Below are positions 10,107 through 18,012 of a DNA stretch of 64,000 bases, in pieces. The translations under genes were made by a program, and so were the position numbers. The notes beneath the pieces were generated by a model. That model did no database searches, had not been told where the DNA came from, and was given only the letters and a program-made list of their open reading frames with translations. This stretch comes from a virus: positions 32,774 to 96,773 of the IMG/VR virus record IMGVR_UViG_3300030518_000006; one strand, given 5' to 3'. Position 1 is the stretch's first letter. Each line of letters starts with the position of its first letter.

Positions 10107-10892
10107 TTAGCCGAAGGTGAGTATGAGGGTTTCAGCGCCACAAGGGGCTTCGCCGGGAACACTGACGGTGCCGGTGATCACGCCAGCGACGCATGACAGG
10201 GCGCCGGTGAGAACCGGGCCATAGGTCGGTGATCCGGTGTTGCCCCCGGCGATCACTTGGTAGTCAAGCCCATTGAAGGTGACCTGGACATAGGAGTTAC
10301 CTGCGAGGTTGCCCCAGGTCCAGGTGCAGGTATCTCCGCCGTCGCTCTGATAGGCTCCACCGAGCCACGCAGTGCTTGGGATCAGACACCCACCGCCGGG
10401 ACCTGCACCCGAGCCGCTGAGTGCTACTGCAGGCTGGGCCACGCCGCAGGTGGTGCACGGGCCTGCTGCGGTCGTGGTGCTCGAGGTGCTCGAGGTGGTG
10501 AAGGTGATCGTGCTGGTCGTGGTCGTCGTAGTCGTGGTCGTGGTCGTGGTCGTGGTACTCGTCGTAGTCGTGGTGGTCGTGGTCGTCGTGGTCGCGCCGC
10601 AGGTGGCCGGACAGCAGGGAGTCGGCAGCGTGGGGAGCGTGAAGCAGACACACCCATTCTGCTGCTGCAGTGAATACTCGGTCGACGTGCAGGTCTCAAG
10701 GAAGGGGGCGCAGAGGGTGTTGTCGACGCAGGCCGTGTTGGTCGCGTCGAGCACCCAGGTCGAGACGCCTCCCACCAGGCCGCAGGTATAGCGCACCTGC
10801 AGGCAGCAGTTGGAGCCGCCGGGCGGTGTGGGCTCCGGGCAGGGCGCGGTGGTCGAGGTGTTGGGGCAGTTAGGGCAGGGCATCGGTACCAT
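10107..10892 (-). CDS. Cys-rich protein with poly-Thr linker (surface/virion protein)
   Basis: 261 aa; many Cys and a long Thr run near 10500-10590. Confidence 0.65.
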   Translation of the reverse strand: MVPMPCPNCPNTSTTAPCPEPTPPGGSNCCLQVRYTCGLVGGVSTWVLDATNTACVDNTLCAPFLETCTSTEYSLQQQNGCVCFTLPTLPTPCCPATCGATTTTTTTTTTTSTTTTTTTTTTTTTTSTITFTTSSTSSTTTAAGPCTTCGVAQPAVALSGSGAGPGGGCLIPSTAWLGGAYQSDGGDTCTWTWGNLAGNSYVQVTFNGLDYQVIAGGNTGSPTYGPVLTGALSCVAGVITGTVSVPGEAPCGAETLILTFG

Positions 10893-11835
10893 CCCCCAGG
10901 GCCCAGTCGTTCAGGGCGCCCATGTCAGTGGGGCGTGCGCCACCATCGCGGGTATCCATCAGCAGGGCCAGGTACCCTTTCAGACAGGCCTTTCCGCAGC
11001 CTCCGAGCGTGTCCGTCGGCCCCTTGGAGAAGGGGAAGATGCCGAGCACCTTCACATGCAGCGAGAAGACCTCATCGTGGTCGAAGCGCAGATAGGTCGG
11101 GGTCGGCCGGTAGTGGCCGCCGAAGACATACTGCTCGGCCGGATCGATCGAGGTGGTCGGGGCGCGCATGTCGGTCCAGCTCGCGTTGATCATCGGCGAG
11201 CCGTTCTTGTAGATCGTCACCTGGAACTGGTCGAAGGGTACCAGGTCGGAGAATTCATAGCTGACCCCCTGGATGATCAGGCAGCGGTCGGCGGGCACCT
11301 TGTAGGAGATGAGCACATAGTCGGTGGCGTAGTGCGGGAGGCAGAGCTCCCCGCAACGGTTGAAGGTCTTGGACCAGAAGTTCGGGGCCACGAACAACGG
11401 GATATGCATCTCCACGGCGATCTGGCGATCAGGATCACCCCCGAGCGGCTCCTGTTGATTCGCCCCGACCGCGGTGCCGCCGCTCGGGGTCCAGAGCTTC
11501 TTCGGGGTAAACCCGACATCCGGAGCCCCAGCCCACATCAGCTCATCAATCGGCTTGTCCTGCTCGGGGGTTGCCGAGGGCATCGTCTCGACGTGTGCGA
11601 GCTGATGCTTCCAGATCACCGGCAGGACATAGGGAACAGTGCTGCCCGGCAGCCGCAGTTGGACGCCGGGCGGGAACCCACGTGGTGCGGTGACCGTGCT
11701 GCTGGTGACGATGACTGCCGGGCGATTGTCCGGCAGGCGAGCGAGCGTGAGCGACTTGATCCCGGGCATCGCGCCGAAATCCCGGCGGAGCATCTGCAGC
11801 GCAGCCAGTAGGATTTTTGGCGAGGGTTCAGACAT
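10870..11835 (-). CDS. Putative minor structural protein (beta-sandwich C-terminal domain)
   Basis: ORF in the structural operon; likely start MSEPSPK overlapping the upstream gene; VLISYKVPADR segment resembles VLTYTAPEGR in 12364-13041. Confidence 0.5.
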   Translation of the reverse strand: MSEPSPKILLAALQMLRRDFGAMPGIKSLTLARLPDNRPAVIVTSSTVTAPRGFPPGVQLRLPGSTVPYVLPVIWKHQLAHVETMPSATPEQDKPIDELMWAGAPDVGFTPKKLWTPSGGTAVGANQQEPLGGDPDRQIAVEMHIPLFVAPNFWSKTFNRCGELCLPHYATDYVLISYKVPADRCLIIQGVSYEFSDLVPFDQFQVTIYKNGSPMINASWTDMRAPTTSIDPAEQYVFGGHYRPTPTYLRFDHDEVFSLHVKVLGIFPFSKGPTDTLGGCGKACLKGYLALLMDTRDGGARPTDMGALNDWALGDGTDALP

Positions 11836-12355
11836 CGGTGATGAACTCGTACTTGTCCTTCTCGGCGACATTCGGGTTGAGATACTGCCAGCCGAAGAGC
11901 CCGGCCACCACCATCTGCTGGATGATGTTGGTGCTCTTCGCCTGGATGATCAGGTTGTCCTTCTGCTCGATCAAGAAGAAGGTTTCGGCCGGCACCACAG
12001 GCCAGATGTTCGGGCCGATCTTGTTGACGTCCACGCCGGTCGGGATGGTCATGTAGGGTGCGATGGTGCCGTTGAGAATGAAACGCCATTGGATGCCGGC
12101 GAGCGTCGCATCACCGACCACCGTGGTCACATACTTCTCGATGCGCCAGGTCCATCCAGGGATGCCTTGGAGATTGAGGACATTGGTCCAGCCCTGGCTC
12201 GAGGACAGCGGTGCGATTGCCGTCTTGGTCAGGGTGTTGGACCACCATGTCGGATCCGTGTTCGACGGACGGCGGAATGGCAGCGACGACCGGATCAGGG
12301 CGTTCTTGAAGGTGGCGAGCGCGAGCTGTTCGTAGGGGAGCAGCGTCAAAGGCAT
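11828..12355 (-). CDS. Small beta-rich structural protein (jelly-roll-like)
   Basis: 175 aa; W.NVL...WRFILNG...GWQY parallels 12364-13041 (WNTVL..WRFMFNG..GWDW). Confidence 0.55.
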   Translation of the reverse strand: MPLTLLPYEQLALATFKNALIRSSLPFRRPSNTDPTWWSNTLTKTAIAPLSSSQGWTNVLNLQGIPGWTWRIEKYVTTVVGDATLAGIQWRFILNGTIAPYMTIPTGVDVNKIGPNIWPVVPAETFFLIEQKDNLIIQAKSTNIIQQMVVAGLFGWQYLNPNVAEKDKYEFITDV

Positions 12356-12363
12356 GACTGCTC

Positions 12364-13041
12364 CTAGTTCGCGGTGACGGAGGCCTTCGAGCCCTCATCA
12401 CCGTACCGGAGCTTCCAATCCCATCCACGGAACTTCATGGCGATCGTGCTGGCAGCGCCGGCAGTCGTCGCGCGCTGGACCTGGAAATTGACCGTCTGGC
12501 CAACCGGGATGATCAGGAACATATCGGACGGTTGGGTCATGCTGCCGCGGTGCTCGCCGAACGGCCCGAGATCGAATGGGATTGCACCGTTGAACATGAA
12601 ACGCCAGAGAATCGACCCATCGTAGGCGAAGGCGGCATTGGTGACGTCGAAACCGTACTGGGCGAGGCGCCCATACCGTCCTTCTGGGGCGGTATAGGTC
12701 AGGACGGTATTCCACGCCCCGGCAGCAGCGGGCAGTGAGAACGTCGCCGACAGATCGATGTTGTTCGACCACGGCATCGGGGTGCTGTGGGCCGGCAGCG
12801 AGGCCGTGATCTGCATGTTGCGCGCGATGCGCGCGAGGGCGGTCACCAGGTGATTGGCCCGCGCCTGGTCCTCGGGAGACGGAGGCGGCGCGCCGACCAT
12901 GCCGGGGCTGTTGTGCTCGATCTTGTCACGGAAGTTCTGGACCCCTCCCGAATCCGGGAGGGCCAGGGGCGTGGTCAAATCGCTCTGCTGGCCGAACAGC
13001 CGGCCATTGTAGCCGAGACCGTGGTCGTCATTGCGCGGCAT
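12364..13041 (-). CDS. Small beta-rich structural protein (jelly-roll-like)
   Basis: 225 aa; paralogous pattern to 11828-12355; RBS AGGAGG upstream. Confidence 0.55.
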   Translation of the reverse strand: MPRNDDHGLGYNGRLFGQQSDLTTPLALPDSGGVQNFRDKIEHNSPGMVGAPPPSPEDQARANHLVTALARIARNMQITASLPAHSTPMPWSNNIDLSATFSLPAAAGAWNTVLTYTAPEGRYGRLAQYGFDVTNAAFAYDGSILWRFMFNGAIPFDLGPFGEHRGSMTQPSDMFLIIPVGQTVNFQVQRATTAGAASTIAMKFRGWDWKLRYGDEGSKASVTAN

Positions 13042-13076
13042 GGGGCCTCCTAGGGGTTACGACCGAAGCCGGGACC

Positions 13077-13622
13077 TTATCCCAGCTTGCGGTTGTACAC
13101 CTTGAAGCCGCCCATGGTGACCCACACGTTGTTGTTCGACCCGGAGAGATCCGCCAGGGTGAACGACAGGGTGGTGTTGGCGGGCAGGAGCAACGGCTTG
13201 TGCAGCGGGCCCGGCCGCTCCGCGGTGCCGACCACGGTGTCGGCATTGACCGCGATGTTCTGCAGCTGACGGTCGCTCGCGTCCTGCTGCATGAAGATGG
13301 TGTAGGGACCATCGCTCACGCCCCGCATCGAGCAGGCGATGAACGCGCTGTCGGCTGAGATGCGGATCTGGTTGAGCGCGGTGCCATTCGCACCGAGTAT
13401 CCCGTTCGGCGTTCCAGCGGCGCCATTGCTGGCGGTATTCTGGAAGGCGTAGAAGTACGGGATGACGTTGTCCTGTGGGAAGGCACCGAACACGTCAAAG
13501 ATGCTTTGACGGACGTTCAGGAGGGCCTTGACCATCTCCACGATGCCGGGAGGGGCCTTACCAATCTGCTCGAGATGCTCGAGCTTCTTGATATCCTTGG
13601 TGTCGATATCGAGCAAACCCAT
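13077..13622 (-). CDS. Putative minor capsid/vertex protein (single jelly-roll-like)
   Basis: 181 aa, alternating beta-strand pattern (PYFY..IRISADSAF..PLLLPANTTLSFT..TMGGFKVY); first gene of the leftward structural operon. Confidence 0.5.
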   Translation of the reverse strand: MGLLDIDTKDIKKLEHLEQIGKAPPGIVEMVKALLNVRQSIFDVFGAFPQDNVIPYFYAFQNTASNGAAGTPNGILGANGTALNQIRISADSAFIACSMRGVSDGPYTIFMQQDASDRQLQNIAVNADTVVGTAERPGPLHKPLLLPANTTLSFTLADLSGSNNNVWVTMGGFKVYNRKLG

Positions 13623-13670
13623 GAGGGTATCCTTTGCTGAGGAGGTGGCGCAGAAGCGCGAACACCGTGC

Positions 13671-13710
13671 ACGCTATCAGGTATTCGCCTGAGTTGCAAG
13701 TTTTACTTGC
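13671..13710 (-). promoter_or_regulatory. Sigma70-like promoter for the leftward operon with overlapping inverted repeat
   Basis: Minus strand TTGCAA-17-TAGCGT; GCAAGT-TTT-ACTTGC inverted repeat at 13696-13710 in the divergent intergenic gap. Confidence 0.5.
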
Positions 13711-13742
13711 GCTGTTTGTATCAGTCGTATCCTTCGCCCACC

Positions 13743-13997
13743 GTGCTCACCTACTCCATATCCGATCTGTTGCGTGGAGATATCGGGGAGATCTTCGGCA
13801 TAGTCCAGCACCGGGGCGAAGAGATCACGATCACCCGCTTCGGTAAGCCGATCGTGCGCATCGTGCCGATTACGTCGGTTACTCACGCCGATAAATCTCT
13901 GACGGACCCCAGTGCCAATCGCAGTTCCATGTCGCTCGACAAGCTGACCTCGATGCCCGTCCCGCCGGATGCGATCCCACCACGAAAGAGGAAATGA
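13743..13997 (+). CDS. Phd/YefM-family antitoxin-like DNA-binding protein
   Basis: IGEIFGIVQHRGEEITITRFGKPIVRIVP is the Phd signature; GTG start assumed. Confidence 0.7.
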   Translation: MLTYSISDLLRGDIGEIFGIVQHRGEEITITRFGKPIVRIVPITSVTHADKSLTDPSANRSSMSLDKLTSMPVPPDAIPPRKRK

Positions 13998-14461
13998 CCA
14001 TGCCCAAGACGTCTGACAGAACTTATGCGCGCAAATTACTCAATGCTCTTATAACGGCCCACGAGGGGCTTGAAAACGTGACGCATGCCCGCGAAGCGCT
14101 TCTGCTGAAGCGCGCGAAGAAAACGAGGGAGATCCCTGTTCTGTCCGCAAACGAGGAACTCGACCACGAGCTACGTAGAACCGAAGCTGAGATCGCCGTT
14201 GAGGAGGCAGGGCGTGCGCCACGTGTGAGGATCGAACCGAATCCGATGATTGAGCAGAAACGCCTTCACGTTGAACTAGCGTTCCAGCCTAAACCGGATC
14301 GCATGGAGACCCTCAACGTTATCCTCCTGATCGTCGGCGTCCTGGCCCTGGTAGCACTCCTGGCCCGTGCGCATGGCTCCGAAAACCCTGCCGGAAATTC
14401 TGTGGAAATCCCGGTAAAATCCACTGTTCCCATGTCCAGCCCTGCTCCGACAACCCCCTAA
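13994..14461 (+). CDS. Hypothetical protein with one TM helix
   Basis: 155 aa, start overlaps upstream stop; hydrophobic VILLIVGVLALVALL. Confidence 0.5.
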   Translation: MTMPKTSDRTYARKLLNALITAHEGLENVTHAREALLLKRAKKTREIPVLSANEELDHELRRTEAEIAVEEAGRAPRVRIEPNPMIEQKRLHVELAFQPKPDRMETLNVILLIVGVLALVALLARAHGSENPAGNSVEIPVKSTVPMSSPAPTTP

Positions 14462-14597
14462 AAACCACTTAGGTCCCTGCTACCATGGTAGTTATGCCTA
14501 AATATGGTCATACAGGCCGTAACGCAAGGCTGGTCTTGCGTTACAAGATAGCCTTGGAAACGCTGGGGGATTACTCCAAAATATCTCAGGAGATTGT

Positions 14598-15053
14598 ATG
14601 ACCATATTCCGCCTGACTTCCAAGGGGGTCGTTCCCGGCCGCCTGATTTCTATCCTCTTCGAGGCCAAGTATACGGGGAACACGATTACGTTTCCCTATG
14701 ATTGGACGGGTAAGAATGCAACATTGGCAATGAGCCTCCTTCGTCCCGGTGACCAGAATGTACGCCTGCGGTGGCCAATTCGAATGAGTATCTTCAGTCT
14801 CAAGAAGGTGAGCGTGCAGGTTGGGGAGATTCGTTACAAGCCAGGCGTCTACTCTCCGAATCATAAGGATGGCAGCCTCTACATCCCGTCTCATCAGACC
14901 GTCTGGATCACGGATATCGACAAGGGGGCGCTCATCAAAGGTGAGATGCTCTTGGAACCCCTCGTCGTCGAGCTGGATCGACGCAAAGGCGTCCTCGTCA
15001 CGGAGGTACCGAATCAGATCAAACCGGCACCGTTGAAGTTCGTGGCCCGATGA
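14598..15053 (+). CDS. Hypothetical protein
   Basis: 151 aa, RBS AGGAG upstream. Confidence 0.6.
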   Translation: MTIFRLTSKGVVPGRLISILFEAKYTGNTITFPYDWTGKNATLAMSLLRPGDQNVRLRWPIRMSIFSLKKVSVQVGEIRYKPGVYSPNHKDGSLYIPSHQTVWITDIDKGALIKGEMLLEPLVVELDRRKGVLVTEVPNQIKPAPLKFVAR

Positions 15054-15135
15054 TCACCCTCTTCGACTACCTGCTCGCTTTCCCCGACAATACCGAAGCG
15101 CGCGAGATGATCGCCCGCATGCCCAAGGACGATTC

Positions 15136-15681
15136 ATGAGCCTCATCCCTGACTGGGTCCGCGGCATCGACCGCATCCTCGGACGCACCCGCGCGGCCAA
15201 CACGCTCAAGGTCGAGCCGGTGGCCCTGGCGACCATTGACGAGGTGCAGTGGGTCCTGTTGTTCGCGCCGAAGCAGCAGATGTTCTGCCTGATCCCCCAG
15301 GACGAAGCGCTGCGCGACGGCAACACGCTCGAGATCCCGTACGATCACATGGTTGAGCTGGCCGAAGCCGAGGGCACCTGCGTGAACCGCAAGAAAGCCC
15401 GAGCGCTCGCCAAAGGACTGATTGTCGACGGCTGGGAGCCACGAACCTACGTGATGGTGGGCCCCAACACGGAAGGCTACCTGCACGGCCTCAAGATGAC
15501 GGAGCTGGTCGCCTGGGGTAAGAAGCAGATAGAGCAACTCACGAAGCTAATGAAGGAGCAAGCCGATGCTCAGCAAGCCCAAGCCGCTGCCGAAGCGCCT
15601 GGTGCAGGGGGCGCGGTGGATGCTGGACGAATTGCAGCACCAGCGTCTGACGGTGGTGCTGACCCCAGCCCGGGAGGGTGA
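15136..15681 (+). CDS. Hypothetical protein
   Basis: 181 aa ORF with GC3-rich codons. Confidence 0.6.
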   Translation: MSLIPDWVRGIDRILGRTRAANTLKVEPVALATIDEVQWVLLFAPKQQMFCLIPQDEALRDGNTLEIPYDHMVELAEAEGTCVNRKKARALAKGLIVDGWEPRTYVMVGPNTEGYLHGLKMTELVAWGKKQIEQLTKLMKEQADAQQAQAAAEAPGAGGAVDAGRIAAPASDGGADPSPGG

Positions 15682-15979
15682 GGGCAGCGTTCGGACGGTC
15701 ATGACCCCAAACCCCGACTGGTACCAGCGTTTCTGCGCGCGGTATAAATCTGGGCGCCATCGGAAGAACCGGGCCTTCGAGACGAGCGTCCGGCGCCAGA
15801 AGACAGAGCGGGCCTTGAAGCGGATCATCAGCGGAGAGGTGCATACGATGGCGTACGCGAACCACGGCAAAAGCCCCTACGTCAGCCGGCTGATCCCTGA
15901 GATTCGGGACTATCTGCGGCGGGGAGATCAAGAGCGGAAAGAGCAGCGAGCACAAAGACTCGCGAGCGTGCCGTTTTGA
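15566..15979 (+). CDS. Hypothetical basic protein (start uncertain)
   Basis: Fills the gap and its stop overlaps the next start. Confidence 0.45.
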   Translation: MLSKPKPLPKRLVQGARWMLDELQHQRLTVVLTPAREGEGSVRTVMTPNPDWYQRFCARYKSGRHRKNRAFETSVRRQKTERALKRIISGEVHTMAYANHGKSPYVSRLIPEIRDYLRRGDQERKEQRAQRLASVPF

Positions 15980-16617
15980 GCGCCAAGCTCACCATCGCCG
16001 CTCCACGCCAACCCGTCGCCCAGCTCCCCATCTGGGACTGGGTTGGCGACGTGCAGTTCTATTCGATGGCCCAGACCCGCAACGCCACAGGAGAATTCTG
16101 TGAAGAAGCAACCCGGCATCTCCTCGGCGGCGAGCGGCTCTCCACCCAAGGAACGGTGGACATCTGCCCGGACATCCGATTGGACGAGCATCGTTATCTT
16201 GAGGTTAAATCGGTGGGGGATCGGCGATGCGCCCTCCTCTACGAGCATATCCTCGACCGAACAATCCGGTTCGTCCGCCGTAACCGGGTCAAGGTCTTCT
16301 ATGTCTTCTGGATCCACACCGTTCCCGCCGCCAAGTGTCCCAGTCTATTCGATTTGCGACGGGCGATGGCCGCATCTATTGATCGTGTCATCATCGTCCC
16401 CTTCACCCAGGTGCACGAGGCGATCAAGGGCATCACGCCCCGGAAGATGAACTACCGGGTCCGGGAGCACAGCGGGGAGCAGATCGCTATGCTCGGCTGG
16501 TCGATTCCGGTCAAGCAGCTGAAGGCCTGGAGCGTCGGACAGCCGCGAATGGCGTTTGACACCGAGGTCTTCGGGTATTCGATGGGTGGGTATCCGGTCT
16601 ATGGAGACGTGCGATGA
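15976..16617 (+). CDS. PD-(D/E)XK restriction-endonuclease-like protein
   Basis: GEFCE ... CPDIRLDEHRYLEVKS fits PD..ExK. Confidence 0.55.
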   Translation: MSAKLTIAAPRQPVAQLPIWDWVGDVQFYSMAQTRNATGEFCEEATRHLLGGERLSTQGTVDICPDIRLDEHRYLEVKSVGDRRCALLYEHILDRTIRFVRRNRVKVFYVFWIHTVPAAKCPSLFDLRRAMAASIDRVIIVPFTQVHEAIKGITPRKMNYRVREHSGEQIAMLGWSIPVKQLKAWSVGQPRMAFDTEVFGYSMGGYPVYGDVR

Positions 16618-16754
16618 CCCTTCCCCCGCCCGTCATCTCGCTTGAGTCGCTGCTCTTCTGGAACCTGGCCGCCGCGGTCGGCATCACACTGCTCGTCCGG
16701 TTCTTGGTGCTCTGGCTCGCCCGTACCCTATTTGGAGAGGGCCATGACCACTGA
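16614..16754 (+). CDS. Small membrane protein (copy 1)
   Basis: MTLPPPVISLESLLFWNLAAAVGITLLVRFLVLWLARTLFGEGHDH; ATGA overlap; duplicated at 20005. Confidence 0.6.
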   Translation: MTLPPPVISLESLLFWNLAAAVGITLLVRFLVLWLARTLFGEGHDH

Positions 16755-16890
16755 GCAGCTATACTACGCGACCGGCATCGCTTCCAATGTTCTGACCATC
16801 CTGACCTGCGCCTACACCATCTGGACGCTCCGCAGCTGGGTGAGCAGCACGGTGAAGAAGGCGCTCGACGACGTGAAGAAAGTGATCTGA
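16744..16890 (+). CDS. Small membrane protein (copy 1)
   Basis: MTTEQLYYATGIASNVLTILTCAYTIWTLRSW...; duplicated at 20135. Confidence 0.6.
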   Translation: MTTEQLYYATGIASNVLTILTCAYTIWTLRSWVSSTVKKALDDVKKVI

Positions 16891-16891
16891 C

Positions 16892-17653
16892 ATGCCGAAA
16901 TACCGCCAGGCGTCCGCGTATTCTCCGCCCGAGGACCCATTCCCAGTATTGAGGCCCACCATGCCCACCCCCATCCACCCGTGCGATGCACTTACCACAC
17001 TCGAACCGAAGCAGCAGGGGGCCTTTCCTGATCCAGTGCGCTTCCCACCGCCGAAGGGCTCGGAGGGTTCCTGCGGCTGCCTCCTGACCGAGTGGCCGAA
17101 CCCGCTCGATGGAAACCCGCCCTACCAGAAACTTGAAACGATCTGGCAGCCGCTCTGGGATACCGTCTCGGCCCCAGAAGGCATGAAGGTCATGAACTTC
17201 TTCTCCGGCGATCGAGAGGACGACATCCTCTACGGAGAACGCGACCGCATGGGGTACCAAAAGAAGATGCGCGCCGATAACGGGCGCAGCTTCCCACGTT
17301 CCATCGGCGCGATGTTCTGGCCGAAGAAGTTCACCATGTGGGAGCTCGAGCTGCAGTTCAGTGATCCCAACGGATACGGGGACAGCATCCCCTCGAAGCT
17401 CGGCCTGCTCGATACCATCGAAGGCGACTTCGCTCGGATCCGGATGCAGATCGGGGAAAAGTGGCATCTCGACCTCCCCTTCGCGTCTTTTTTCAAGGCT
17501 AGAGAGGACAACTACCGCGCGGCACTCTGCACCCCGCTCTTCCTCCCCTCGATACAGAACTTCGGCATCAGCCTGACCTGGCCGCGAGAATCCCGGGCCC
17601 GGTGCACTATCCGCTGCGTTCTCAACGGCTATCTCCACCGCGAAATTCCCTGA
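16892..17653 (+). CDS. Divergent paralogue of the putative major capsid protein
   Basis: LETIWQPLWD, WPKKF, IGEKWHLDLP, LFLPSIQNF, LNGYLHREIP align with 36927-37502. Confidence 0.75.
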   Translation: MPKYRQASAYSPPEDPFPVLRPTMPTPIHPCDALTTLEPKQQGAFPDPVRFPPPKGSEGSCGCLLTEWPNPLDGNPPYQKLETIWQPLWDTVSAPEGMKVMNFFSGDREDDILYGERDRMGYQKKMRADNGRSFPRSIGAMFWPKKFTMWELELQFSDPNGYGDSIPSKLGLLDTIEGDFARIRMQIGEKWHLDLPFASFFKAREDNYRAALCTPLFLPSIQNFGISLTWPRESRARCTIRCVLNGYLHREIP

Positions 17654-17661
17654 GCCTGACC

Positions 17662-18012
17662 ATGCCCCTCTACCACCTCCTCGCTCAGCCCCTGCCCAAG
17701 CTCACTCCCGACGGGAAGCGCGTCTGGGTCTGCATCTGCGGCCAGAAGGTCGCCCTGCCGAACGTCCAGCCGGCGAGCCAGGTGATCCAGACCTCGAACA
17801 ACCGGGTGGAGGTCATGGAGTGCCCGGCCTGCTATGCTGGTACCGAGGAAAAGGGCGAAGAAGCCCCTCCGATGACCGAGCAGGGGGATATCAAACCGAC
17901 CTTCGACCAAGATCTGGGAGATGCCACGGACGACCAATCTGCGCCGGATGAGACGGGTGAAGATGGGGAGGTTCTGGAGGAGGAGAAGGTCGACTTCCCT
18001 GACGCGCGATGA
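17662..18012 (+). CDS. Zn-ribbon protein with acidic tail (copy 1)
   Basis: WVCICG..MECPAC; paralogue at 20283-20633. Confidence 0.65.
   Translation: MPLYHLLAQPLPKLTPDGKRVWVCICGQKVALPNVQPASQVIQTSNNRVEVMECPACYAGTEEKGEEAPPMTEQGDIKPTFDQDLGDATDDQSAPDETGEDGEVLEEEKVDFPDAR

Noticed and set aside
10500-10590. Non-coding microsatellite
   Set aside because: It encodes the poly-Thr linker with varied codons
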